A stretch of 64,000 nt of DNA from Tubiluchus corallicola (Eukaryota; Animalia; Priapulida), in assembly GCA_030141605.1 (NCBI GenBank), contig JAQGDQ010000001.1, positions 1 through 64,000 on the forward strand. Direction: 5' to 3'. Below, one piece after another: positions 32,651 through 44,679 of the stretch. The first letter of the stretch is position 1; each line of letters begins with the position of its first letter. The notes under the pieces were generated by a model. It searched no databases, was not told where the DNA came from, and saw only the letters and a program-made list of their open reading frames with translations. The position numbers and the translations under genes are program-made.

Positions 32651-34394
32651 ATGATGACGATGATCACTGCAAAACAGCTAGCAAAAACAGACAAACAGCA
32701 ACAACAACAATGACAGTAAGTGAAATAACAAAAACAGACAAACAAACAAATGAACAAAAACCAAATTAAAACAAATGCAACAATATGAACCTTTATAATT
32801 TTTTCGAATAGCTTATATAAAAGATATTTTCATAGTACCAAACTTTCTGTATTTCATATTTTCCTAGTACCAAATTTTTTTAATACTAAACTTCCCTAGC
32901 AGCACACTTATTCTGTATTATTTTACCTTGTACCAGATTTACTTGCTTGACAAAACTTTGCCAGTACTGCATTTACCAGTACCATATCTTCCCTTTACTC
33001 TATTTTCCCAATGCTAAAATTTCTCTGTACCAAAAATTCCTAGTAGCTAATTTTCCTGGTGCATACCAAAGTATCCTTGTACCAAAATTACAGGACCGAA
33101 TTTATTTGTACCAAACTAACTGCACAATGTACTGGTTGGTGACTAAGTGGCAAGGCTGGTTGCTACCGTAACTGTAATAATAGTAGAATTTGAAGCCAAC
33201 CAAAACTCAATGAGTCAGCAAGATGACATATCTGAATTTACCCCCTTATGAAGCAAAATTTTATTATTTGCTCATTGGTAGGCTTCAAGGTTAGCTGCAT
33301 GTACTGCTGCAAAAATCAATATAAATCGTAAAAATTATCATCATAGCAGTCAGCCTATTAGATTTGGACGTTCTGCAGCTGCCAACTTTTTGAATACAAC
33401 GCAGTACATAAGAACAAATTGCTGCGCACGTATGTGCGTGGAAACAAATTTACCTCAAGTAATGATTACTTTGTAACTTTGATGAGTATTAGGATGTGGC
33501 ATAAGCATTTTTCTATTGAAATCGCGAGGAAACATATTTAAGTAAAAATTTGTGTCGTTTTGCCAGAAGACGTGTCGCACTGACTATATCCGCCAGTCTG
33601 TCAAGATTTTCCTGTCTTAGCAACTCACCCTCGTCTCTTCCTAGTTACCTCTCCTAGACCCTGACTGGAACACAGTCACGTCACTGGGATGCCTCCTCTA
33701 TACACGGCTATGAAGAATATAAGTATTAAACCAAATCACTACATTGATGGATAGCCTTTATAAAGTGGAGTTGTCCAGACATCCGGAATGTGTATGCGTT
33801 ATAAATAAAAATCAGTTTATATTATTTTCAGTGCATGCAATTATCAGACCTGCATCATGTATTATTTTTTCTGCAGCTATTTCCTATTAATTCTTTATAT
33901 GCCACTATTCTGCAGATGGATAACTCATAACGCATTCCAGGTGTCTGGTCAATGCTGCTTATTGCTATATGTACAGTACATATGGTACCTTTGAATAATA
34001 TTTTAAAGCGTATAACTTGGTAAACAAAAATTCAAGTTCTCGTGAAAAGAAATCAAAGTTCTGCTAATGCGTGGATTGTTGAATTCACAATCATGTAAAT
34101 TTGAATATACCTTTTGAATCTTGATTGTGTGGTATGACCGTGCATTTATATGACTGGGAATGATTTGGACTGAGCTTGAGAAATCAAGTGGGAAGAACGA
34201 GAAAGAAATGAGTGCTTGATAAATGGTTAACTTTGTGTGAAGTATGGTAAAAGCTGATTTATCACTATGCTGTTTTTTGTAGATATTACTCACCTGGCTA
34301 TTCAGAAGCTCTCTTGGAAAGAGTTGACAGCTATGAGCCTGTTATGATTGATGAAGAAAATGAAACTGGTGGCCAGTTTGCAGAGTCAACATAA
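18098..34394 (+). CDS. SPAG6: Sperm-associated antigen 6 (PF16 homolog), armadillo-repeat axonemal central-pair protein, 523 aa
   Basis: Eleven GT-AG exons in frame: 18098-18122, 18911-19006, 19278-19444, 21570-21753, 22666-22871, 23209-23382, 23555-23707, 28784-28975, 29884-30000, 30688-30833, 34283-34394. Reads MASKQIVLVFEQYQKSR..ELASRPQNIE..LLRPLLLD..FPEEIVRYYSPGYSEALLERV. Confidence 0.96.
19501..20555. repeat. Microsatellite-rich (TTG/ATC) dispersed repeat followed by a TACCAAA-type minisatellite, SPAG6 intron 3
   Basis: The low-complexity core 19501-20185 is homologous, in inverted orientation, to 32090-32792. A roughly 20-bp periodic GTACCAAA array occupies 20220-20555. Confidence 0.8.
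23951..24314. repeat. 104-bp direct repeat pair flanking a 156-bp insert that matches SPAG6 intron 10
   Basis: 23951-24054 is nearly identical to 24211-24314; the intervening sequence matches 30834-30893 and about 33160-33240. Confidence 0.85.
24671..25015. repeat. Repeat of about 350 bp, copy 1 (direct copy at 29211-29582; diverged inverted end piece at about 21240-21330)
   Basis: Near-identical from TTGGCTC.GGAAAATTGGGTGCG to TGAGGATCATTGTTA in both copies. Confidence 0.9.
25301..28601 (-). mobile_element. Full-length P-element superfamily (THAP9-like) DNA transposon in SPAG6 intron 7
   Basis: Imperfect TIRs of about 63 bp (CAAGGACTACTATACA..CGCTCAGATCTCTGA..GAGGCGATC) at 25301 and ending at 28601; 5'-CAAGG fits P-type termini; inserted in an (AT)n tract; encodes a THAP-domain DDE transposase. 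Confidence 0.92.
25685..28180 (-). pseudogene. THAP-domain P-element transposase interrupted by two frameshifts
   Basis: THAP finger MPNKCGVVKC..FRLP..KW..CEKHW..PPSIF from the ATG at 28180. One extra base in the A-run near 27850 and a short deletion near 27520 break the frame. The catalytic core LVDEVKI, MTDNHKIN, YDTIHILKCIRNNW, QSDRIEGEFSVYRQ is intact to the stop at 25685. Confidence 0.85.
29211..29582. repeat. Repeat of about 350 bp, copy 2
   Basis: Direct copy of 24671-25015 with a small internal insertion and a longer (TA)n. Confidence 0.9.
32090..33120. repeat. Microsatellite-rich (CAA/GAT) dispersed repeat plus TACCAAA minisatellite, SPAG6 intron 10
   Basis: The reverse complement of 32660-32792 aligns with 19501-19635 in its non-periodic part; a GTACCAAA array occupies 32810-33120. 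Confidence 0.8.
33758..33963. mobile_element. Short MITE with imperfect TIRs of about 40 bp
   Basis: TTGTCCAGACATCCGGAATGTGTATGCGTTAT versus (rc) TTGACCAGACACCTGGAATGCGTTATGAGTTAT. Confidence 0.6.
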
Positions 34395-35894
34395 ACTCTC
34401 AAATTGCAGTTCACACCTTGCTGACAGTATTATGAATATATTGTGGTTACTAGCGTAGATACTCATATAAAATATGAAATTTTTATGGAGATATGAATAC
34501 ATTTTTTTGAAATTCCTTACCACTTACCCATTATAAAAATGTATTTGTAAGAAAACTGTAGATCATAATTAGTGCTACTTCCTTGCTGTAGTCAGTCAAT
34601 CCATCCTTATAATTAACATGTATACTAGATATATAAATATATGTCGTCATGATCGATACTAGTTATCTAAACTATTCTGTTATTCAATACGTGAATGGTA
34701 TATTATAATATTTCAAAAATGAAAATGAGATGGCTAATTGTAGCTACAGTAACTAGTTCTACTGTAAAAAAACTTGTTGTTACTAAGTAGCTTATCATGG
34801 GTATCGACATACATGGAAAAAATTTTAGTGGCAAGAATTATTACGGAGCATTTAAAAATGTCTAAATGTTTCAGCTTTTAGCATTAAGAATTTTCCACGT
34901 TATTGTATGTTTCCTATAACTATATCGTTATTTTTAATTATATTAATTGTACTTATAATTCTTTTTTTATATTTACCCATTTGAAATCCAGCTCATTTGC
35001 ACCCGTATTTTTAAGTTTTCTTGCTCTATTTCACTATCCTGAATAGAACAGAATTTTTAACACTCAGACTTCGAAATCAAAAATGAAATTTCTAAAAGAA
35101 AAATCTAGCTGAACATTTGTTATTTATTTTGGCTTTGCAGTTCTGATTCAGACACTCCTGTAAATATATAAAAAAGTGATTTAGATAAGCAAATGAGTGA
35201 TTAGAGAATTAAGCTGTAATATGTCCATCATAATTTTTATAAAGTTTGTAAAATTGCTCCATAGAAATCAATTTGGTGATATTTTATGTGTTTTTTCTCT
35301 CTTTTCGTAGTAGGTGTATAGAGAAAATAATTTTCTTTCTATTTTGTTATTTAAAGTTTTTTGTTAATAATTAATTAAGCTGTAACTGTCATAGCATATA
35401 GCCTACATAGTTCTAATAAATGATTGTTGATATTAAAATATTTGCCTATATATTATGTATTCTCTTAAATAATGGTAGTTTGCGTCACAAATATTCTCAT
35501 TTACGATAACGTAAGTCATCACGTCATTCTATTTGTTACTGTATCCTTTTAATGTACGTCTGTGTACTATATGTTTTTAAACAAAATATATCGTGGTATA
35601 TTATAGGTAGAATTTATAGCAGAAGTATTTACTTAATGACTGATTATAAACAATTATTGCATTATTGCAATAATTCTTAGTTTATTTTGAATTTAAACAA
35701 TGTTTTGATTTCCACTCGGTAGATGGCACTGTTCTGTGCCGTCTACTTCTACTTTTGTGCCCATAATGCAACAGCAGCTGAACAGCGCTTGATTCAAGCA
35801 GTGCAGACGATTTTCTTCTGTAACATTTAATTAGTTTCATACTTTTAAACACAGCTTGTTAGTTTATTTAAAGTCAATCCGCACGATTTAGAAG

Positions 35895-38800
35895 ATGGCA
35901 GCTGCCAAGTCACCTGGTTGCATAGTGGTAAGTTATATTCATAATTACATGCGTTGTCTAAATATTGTAAAGTAAGCTCAATTGGTTAATTCTGATGCGT
36001 GTTCATAGTAAGTAGCGCCCATAACAGTCTTTGATGTTTTTTCTAATTATTAGTTCAAGCACGGTTTTAAAGTTTAAAATGTATACAGGCTTACCTTTAA
36101 GTGGCATTAGTTGCTGCATTAGTGGCATTAAATCTAGGAAATGCTGGGTTCCTTGGTGAAAGACTTGGGTGTACAATTACACTTAACCATTTTTTTTAAA
36201 TTTTAGCTAATTTTTACAAATGTGAGTTTAAAAAGATCAAAAGTATATTGATTTCTGTTAATTACTCGGCAGTTAATAAGGTGTAGACACTTTGATATTG
36301 TACAGCATATGTACTATTATAGTTATAAAATACATGCCATCACAATTAACCAGTTTTTAGTTATTTTTTACAAGTTTGATTTCAAACATTAAAAGTGCAC
36401 TGATTTATGCTAACTCGGTAATTAGTTAGGTGTAAACACTAGCATCTTATAGTGATGAAATACATGTGCCCGCCACTTCTTGATAAAGAAAGAAGAAACT
36501 TTATGAGTTAGTGAGTTAGTTTATAAGTAAAACATGTGTATTGGTAAAGTTCTCTTAATGCTTTTACCCTTTGTGATCATTTTTGCTTTATGGTTCCCAT
36601 GGTTAATTATCATTTTCTGCACTCTAGATGTGTTTTTTAAATGTTCTGTAGATTCCAGACAAATTTGAAGCCTATCCTTTGGAAATGTTTTGCATTCCCC
36701 ATCATTACAAGGATGATCTCAAGTGTATACTAATTCCAGCAGGGCTTGTTGCTGATAGGTAAATATTATTCTTATAGTAAACTCTAGAAAAAATGTTTTT
36801 TACATATAAATGGCGAATGTTTTGCAAATGTGTAGCCCTTTTGCTAATGTTTCTGCAACTATTATTAATTCGTAATGCTGGACCAGTAGACATTAGTGCT
36901 ATAACAGTGTAATTTGCAGTCTTTGAGCGTCTTGTAGTTTTATGTTGAGTATTTTACTGACTTCTACTGATGATTTTATTTTCTTGTCCTGTCCTGTGAT
37001 AGACTGCTTGCAAAGTTCCACCCCAGCAGTTCTATTTAGTTTAGTGAATTGTGTTGAATTTACACTCTTGAATTTATTGAACTGAATTGCATTCTTTATT
37101 CCTCATATAAACAGAGTGTAATTATGTTGTCATTTATTCGGCTTATTTTTTAGTTTGTGAAGAAAAATGTTTGGCACGCATTTATTGTAACTTTAATATT
37201 TGGTTTTTGTACATTGTCTGAATAATGTTTAGGTTTGTTTTTCAGAACAGAAAGATTAGCCAAAAATATCTGGGACGATGTAGGAAAAGACGGGCTTGTT
37301 GCCCTTTGTGTCCTAAAGGGTGGCTATAAATTTTTCAATGATTTAGTTGTCAATATTGAATCTTTAAACAGCTTTTCTGAGACAGCATCAGTGCCATTAG
37401 CGATCGATTTTATTAGACTAAAAAGTTATAAGGTACATTACTTTTGAAATTATGGTTCTTTTTTTCTTAATAAAATCTAAACTGTTTTCCGATTAATGTT
37501 TTGGTACGTATTCGTACCATTTTCAAAATCAAAATAATTCCAAAATGCATAAAGAGTTCTACTAACATTGCATGACAATCCAGTAACAGCATTTCCGGTG
37601 ACTTCCAATCATAAGTACAAAAGACTAAAATTACATGTATTTAAAACCATCAATTGTTTAAAGTTTGTTAAAGAAATTTATGTACTATGTCTCCTTTCAT
37701 AGTCCTTAATCAGACAATAAAATTTTGATTGGGTACTGTCAGTGACAATAAAATCTTCATATCGCATTAAGGTATTGCAGTTCATATTGCAGTTTTTATG
37801 GTGTCCAATCTACAGCAAGCTATTAAGATTCGAATGTTCCTGTTCCCAAGCCTTAGGTTCCTTTTAGTCTCTCCTACATAGGAACTGCCTTAATTATGGC
37901 ATGGAAATTTCTAAACTACATTGGCAGAATGACGAGCAGACATGATATTTTCCTCACTCACTTGAAGAGAAATACACAGGCAGTATTTACAAAAATGATG
38001 CATAATAAGTTTCTCAGGGCATTTACAGTGTGATGAGAGTGTATTAAACTATAGAAATATAAGGAGATCTGACATTTTTTTTATTTTTAACATATTGGTT
38101 TCTGTATGACTGTGAAGAGGAAGAAGTTAAAACTTGACTATCACGAATATGCTTTTAAACAGGTTTGCTAATATTTCAAGGACACAATTCAACTTGTACC
38201 ATGAATCTTATTAATTTCATTTAATAAAACTTTGAGTGTGCTGAACAACTCAATTGCTGTAACAGTCATACTGCTGATTGCTGAATCTTTTGCAGTCATA
38301 AGAGATTTTATTGTTGTAAGTTGGGTCATAACTTTAGAGTCGTAAGTTGGATTGCATCCTCGAAATATTAGTAAAACTGTTGAGATTCATAACCCAAGTT
38401 TCAACTTCTTCACAGGTACATGGTCATACTGAACAGTAATCTGTTAAAAATAAAAAATGCCAGATTTTCTTATATTCTACTACTTACTCTCATCACTTTG
38501 TGAATACCCTGAGAACACTTACCATCATGTATAATTTTTGTAAATAATCACTTGTCTCTTCAAGCGAGTAAGGAAAATATTAGGTCTATTCTCCATCCTG
38601 CCAATGTAGTTTATAAATTTTAAATGCTACAGTTGTTTCAATTCCTACACAGGACAGACTAAAAGAAAATTAATCTAAGCAATGAAACATTAAAATGCCT
38701 GTAACTTGATTGAACATTGTAAAAATTGGAATAACCTTATGCAATATGAAAATTTTGTCAAATCAAATCAAAATTTGATCATTTGATTAAGGAGGCATGT

Positions 38801-41800
38801 TTGCTTAAGTCTAATTTAAACAGTAAACTTGAGAGTTTAAATGTAATGTAGCCATGTAATGAATGTTTGGGGTTATGGAAACTGCTTATTTAGTTCTAGC
38901 TGGTTATGTCATGTACTGTTAGTAGTACTCTGTGTGTTTTAGAATTTCGAAAATGGTTCATGTACATGCTGAAACGTCAATAATTATATTTTGTTATATA
39001 TATGTGGAGTATAATTGGACTTTAATACTGTTAGCAATCTAGGGCCTGTAATACTATCAGTGATTTAAGAGTTCATAGTTAAAACATTTGTTGCAATTTC
39101 TGACTATTCCAATTGTGATGGGTAGCTCCTTGACAGACCTGCTGCAGATTTTGTTCAACATTTTGAGAGCTTGGAGAAGAAAAACTGTTTAAATGTCAAT
39201 GAATGATTTTTTTGGTTGTAACAGCCCACTAGCTCTCTGCATGTCAAGCAGTACTTGCAAGCTGGGAATAAATGTAGATAGAACACTATTCTTAGAGGGA
39301 GGCATGTTTTTTGTTAATAACTGTTTTTTTCTCATGGTGAAGAACAGATATGCATTTACTAAAAGGCAAAACAGATTTGAAATGTATGCATATCTTGTGA
39401 AATAAGAATTGTAAAGAAATATGTAATAATTTTGCCTTTTTGGTTTTCCATGGAAGTTGACTACATCCACTTAATAATTCATAATACAATGTTTAGGTAG
39501 AACAGTCAACGATAATGTGTGTGCAAATTTGTCACCGATCGTGTGGTGTCTACATAATGGTCAAAATCTTTATGCATTTTTTGTTTGAAATAAAAATTAG
39601 TTAATTTAAATTTAGGGTACCACGTCGTCGGGTGAGATCCAAGTAATTGGCGGCGATCATGACAGCTTACACCATTTAAAAGGAAAGGTACATGTGGATG
39701 GTGTTTTCTCACTTTACAGCACTTCCTTTTTTAAATGCAGTTTTTCATCCGTTTAAATGGGAAGAAAAGGAAATTTTAAAGTATATCCAAAAGAATTTCT
39801 ATACATTGTTATATTATTTGCATTTCGTTTAATATAAAGTAATTTAAACCATTGTTTCGTTAGTGTACAATGCTCTACAAATGCTCTAATTATTTTTTCA
39901 AACTTAACACGGTGTTATCTAAACTTGTTTCAAACTACTTACTGTACGTTCATTGACGGTCATTGTGAAAGTTTAGTTTTACAATTTAAGTGTAATACAG
40001 TGTTACTGCTAATGCAAGCTCTGTATACAATACGACAGCATGTAAGTGATATAAAATTTATCTTGTTTTCACGAGTGTTTTCTTGTGCTTTGTGCTAGAT
40101 ATATTGTAAATAGTATGTTCAGTGCTTCAAGTGTATTTGTTCAGGTAAGGGGTCTCATGGTAAACAGAGCAAGAAACAGCTAGGAGGCCCGGGGAGTGCT
40201 GCAATTTTCCCCATTTGTGTTCGGGGCTTACATTGGGGCAAACGCCGATGCACTTTCCTCGATTTTAGGCATTTGAGGTCTTTAATGTTAAAAAAGGTCA
40301 CTTCAGTAAGAAGTTTTTTTGCCATTAATGAATTAACGATACAAAATTTAGGCCTTAATCAGTGAATTAACTGGTTTTCATCAGTTGTAAGCTTTTATGC
40401 ATTACCCCATATAATTCTTGGCCTATTTAAACTGTTAACCATCAGAATCACTGAGCAAACGAAGTACAGCAAGGTGTACTAGCTCCTGTTGTTCGTCCTT
40501 CGTAGTCGAAGAGGACCATGACTTCATTCTAACATCATAGGATGGGTACGGAGGTGGCTTATAAGCCCGATTCTTGCTGAGAACCTCCTCCTGCAATGAG
40601 GACATGAGAATGGTGTATCTTGATAGGCATTGCGTTGTCTGTGTTTTCGAAGCTGTCTTTTCTCCTGCCTAACTTGGATGCGCCTGGACTCATAGTTGGT
40701 CACTCCCGATTTGATGAGGGACCGCCAACGTGATCTCTCCTGTGCCACATCTTCCCAGGAGTCGACATTGATGTTGCATTCTTTCAGGCTGGCTTTGAGG
40801 GTGTCTTTGTATCTTTTCCGTTGCCCTCCAACTGACTGTTTCCCTACTTTCAGCTCGCAGTACATGAGTCTCTTTGGCAGTCTGTGATCTTCCATACGTC
40901 GAACATGACTAGCTCCTATTTACATGTTGACATACTTCTGCCAAAGACAGTCATGCCAACTGATTACAGCTAAATTTTGTTGCACCATTGTTGCACCTAA
41001 CTTTTCAAGTGTAAAGCAAAATAAGTTACTACACAGTAAAATGAGTTAACTCATTCTTGTGCACAATTTCTCAAGAAACGTTTTTCTTTTTTTCCTGAAA
41101 AGTTGCCAGAAAAGTAAGTTGCAGCATGTTATCATGAAGGGGTAGCCCATCGTTATCGTCTGCAGTTCAGTTTTGCCGACTGATAGACAAAAAGTACCAT
41201 GTGTTACATGTATGACATGACATAAGATAGGCTTATAGCTAATCAGATGGTGAGAAAACACTAAATATGCGATGTGGAGAGACATTGTTTCTTCTTTAGG
41301 TGCAGAGTCTGTAATTTTAGGTTCCGGCCAGGTCTGCAACCCTAGCAGACTCGGTGCACTTTAAGCTCTGAATATGTTAACATCCAGTGTTTTAAGTCTT
41401 AACCATGGTAACTGGTGTTTGTATGTATATATATATATGTATGGATATACTTATATGTTTATATATGCACTTGGCTTAATTTAACAATTATCTGAATATT
41501 AAATGTAGTTTTAATAACGGATGTATTTTTAGAATGTATTAGTAGTGGAAGATATAATTGATACTGGAAAAACCATGTCAAAACTATTGGAATTACTTGC
41601 TGATATTAAGCCGCAATCTGTTAGTGTTGCAAGGTGAACAATTGAAATTTGGTTTGTTATTATTACTTTTAATTGTTATCACATCGTAATTAATTTGTTT
41701 TCTAATTCATCTGTCTTTGTTATTTGTGCTTATATTTTTTCTCTCCAGGTCTTTTATTGTATTATTTGACTGATGATGAATGTGACTGACATTAGAAGCA

Positions 41801-44679
41801 TTTCAAATAGGATATCATTTATATTATTGTTGCTCTTTGTGTTCGTTGTAGTTTGGTTAATTTTGTTTATTTTTATTTGATTTCATTTAATATGAAGTAC
41901 TTGAATTTGGTTTAACTTATTACATTGTGATCTAGGCTGATTTGGAGTTGAGTCTCGACCAGTTTTGGTCTAGTTAAGTCTGCTTTGCTCTACCATAGTC
42001 ATACTGTGCCTTTCGTTTGGACGGTTCCGTTTTAGTCTGATCTAATCTGATTTGGAAAGGTCTTATTTGGTTTTGATCTAATTTCTGCTAATCTTTGGGC
42101 TGTTTTTGTTCTGCTTAATCAAGCTAGGTTAGGGCACATTAGATAAAATTAGTTTTATTTTAGTTGGGCTTGTCTAATAGCCAGGTCAGGTCAGATTAGG
42201 TGTAGTTTAAACTAATGATTATAGTTTAATTTGGTCAGATCTTAGGTCAGTTCATGACATCATTGTTCTAGTGTGTCCTGGTTTAGTTCCATTAGCTTAA
42301 GCAAACTTACTTATTTACTTCGTTAAGTTTTGTATTTAGATTACTATATTTCGTCAAAGCCACTAGCATATAATAATGGCTTTGGTGAGTTCATATCTTG
42401 TGATATAATATGGTAATTTTGTTACTAAATATTTATTGTTAGATGTAGACTGTTTTTTCATTCATTGTACGTCTTTTGTATAACAAGTGTATGTTAATTA
42501 ACATAACATTAATATTTTCATGTCATTGTCTTTGCAGTTTGCTAGTAAAAAGAACGCCACAGACGAGTGGATATAGACCAAATTGTAAGTCCTTCACATT
42601 GTCTGCACATTAAATACTTAATTCTTCAATGAGAAATATTTTTCATTACTAATAATTACAGAGTTTATTTTTCATCTTGATATAAAGTCACCCAGAGTTT
42701 CTCCAGTCTTTCCTCCTCTTGCTTCTATCTTTTTTGTCGCACATTCTTCAGTTACGTTAAAAAAGAGACTGGTACTTCTTTCATTCCTTTCTCGCTGATG
42801 TACCTTCTCTCTCTGCATCTTCTTTCTTGGTGATTCTAAACTTGAAAATGAGATCTCTCAATGGTTAAAGTTGGCATGAATGAATTCATATGTGCTCTTG
42901 GTTCACTTCCCAGTGTGCTGTTCCTACTGCTTATAAAAGTTGTTTTGGGAAGTTGTCGAAGCAGCATGGCACTGTTGACTCATATCCCTTATTTTATGAT
43001 GTTAGGAATAAGATCAAAGATAAGGACATCACTATTATTTCCATGTCGAACAGACGCTTGGTTCTTTAATCACTGATCTTAATAGTATAATATTAGAAGT
43101 TGCTCTAGTATCAGTTCAACCCTAGACCTAATGAAAATGTCTGGGTGGGACAAAATTCCACTGCTCGTCTTAAATGTGCACAAGCTTGAACGGCCTTCTG
43201 TGCAGGCCAGGTTACTAAACCTGTGTTTTACCAGCTTATACTTTCTCTCTTCAATACTTTGTAAGCTGGGATCTAGTATTGAACATTATACTATAACAGC
43301 AGGACATCTTCATTGATGTAATGTTTTGTGACGAGATCGGAACCCATGAACCACTGAGCCGATTGTGGTGTCGGATGGATATACATCTTTACTTTATAAG
43401 ATAACAGTTTATTATGTTTATTATATTAATCTTCTAGCTGATGAGCACTATAAATATAGTTTTTACTCTTTCTTCTTCACTGCTGATGCCCGTATCCAAG
43501 GCTTTCTGCAAAGGCTTACTGCTACAGTCTTACATTCACTGGCTTATCTTTGATTTGTTTTCACGATTTAGATGATAGAAGTATCTTGCTGAAATGGTTA
43601 ACAAATGCTAAGATATCCAAATGCGGAATGCTGGTATGCTTAGAAATATCTAATTCCTTTTGCTAAACTGTGTCTTTTGACTATTTCACCATGTAAGGAG
43701 TGTACACCAGATCCAGTTCTGTGTTGGTGCCGATCTAACTTTGTCAGATTTGAGTTCCACCTGCAATCCATGCTTATTGAAGATTTGTTGCTGCACTATG
43801 CCTCTTAATTGTCAAACTAAGTCATACTTTCATCAAATATGCTCTTTAGGACCTCTCGCCTTGCCACCTGTTTGGTTGTTGTACCTTTCGATGGCTTTTT
43901 TGTGTTTGTACCATAGACATTCCCAGACGGAGAACAGTTGCTTATAAATTCATTTCTTCCTTGTGCTTCTTATCTATGGCATTCTGTACTAGAAAACTGT
44001 TTCCTTGTTAAGTTGAGACTCATCTGTTTGAAGAAGAAAGTTAACAGGCATCTCCTACCAATAGCAAATTAATTACAAGAGTTCTGGTTTTCTGGACCCG
44101 TATTCATATTTCTACCTTTCTACTACTGCAAGAGGCTACTGGCTTTGTTTGGCACAATTTGTATAAAAAATCATTACACAGAATTTACATTTAGTTAAGT
44201 ATATGCCATCATTGCAGTTGATCCATAGGGGTCCATTCTTATTGAGAGATATAAGTTTGGAAAATGTATGTCATTGTCACTGTTACCCACGGGTTGGCAT
44301 TTCTTTTAAGAAACTCTATTCTCATATATGACCTGAAGTACGTAAATTGGCTACATTTTGTATTTAGTATTTGTTTTTATAGACATTGGATTCGAGATAC
44401 CAGATGTTTTTGTTGTTGGTGCTGCCTTGGATTATAATGAATTTTTCAGGGACTTGAAGGTATACAATATGTCATGACAATCTACTTTATAGTGCATCAA
44501 TATAACTTTTTTTAAAAATTCATTTTGAGATAACGATACTTTTAATACACAACACCTAAGGCACATTTGCAAGAAATTATATAGACTCACCTGTTATATA
44601 GTGTGCTACGTAAGATTTTAATTCTTTGTTTCAGCATATTTGTGTGATCAATGATCATGGAATTAAAAAGTATGCATAA
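35895..44679 (+). CDS. HPRT1: Hypoxanthine-guanine phosphoribosyltransferase, tandem copy 1 (divergent), 222 aa
   Basis: Exons 35895-35927, 36652-36758, 37246-37432, 39616-39687, 41533-41633, 42538-42584, 44383-44459, 44635-44679. Motifs [54 protein letters not shown]. Confidence 0.95.
37491..38982. repeat. Degenerate foldback (long inverted repeat) of about 1.5 kb in intron 3 of HPRT copy 1
   Basis: Mirror matches include AAACTACATTGGCAG (37913) with CTGCCAATGTAGTTT (38598), TTTTTTATTTTTAACA (about 38077) with TGTTAAAAATAAAAAA (38442), and ACCATTTTC (37516) with GAAAATGGT (38948); centre near 38265. Confidence 0.82.
40488..40907 (-). mobile_element. 5'-truncated RTE (BovB-like) LINE 3' end with a C2H2 finger
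   Basis: Open frame [52 protein letters not shown], a short 3' UTR ending in a (CAA) tail, and an exact 10-bp TSD ACTAGCTCCT at 40478-40487 and 40908-40917. Confidence 0.92.
41930..42300. repeat. Degenerate pentamer-periodic tract (TTTGG/TCTAG/TCAGG/TTAGG-like)
   Basis: Visible 5-bp periodicity in intron 5 of HPRT copy 1. Confidence 0.5.
42670..44100 (-). mobile_element. Heavily decayed LINE remnant (probable APE endonuclease region)
   Basis: Purine-rich minus strand with fragments resembling APE motifs (E-F-Y-K-Q-L, R-H-S-L-A-K-G); many stops and no long ORF. Confidence 0.4.

Noticed and set aside
41533-41633. HPRT copy 1 as a PRTFDC1-type pseudoenzyme
   Set aside because: The catalytic Asp in EDIIDTGKT is retained, unlike in vertebrate PRTFDC1.
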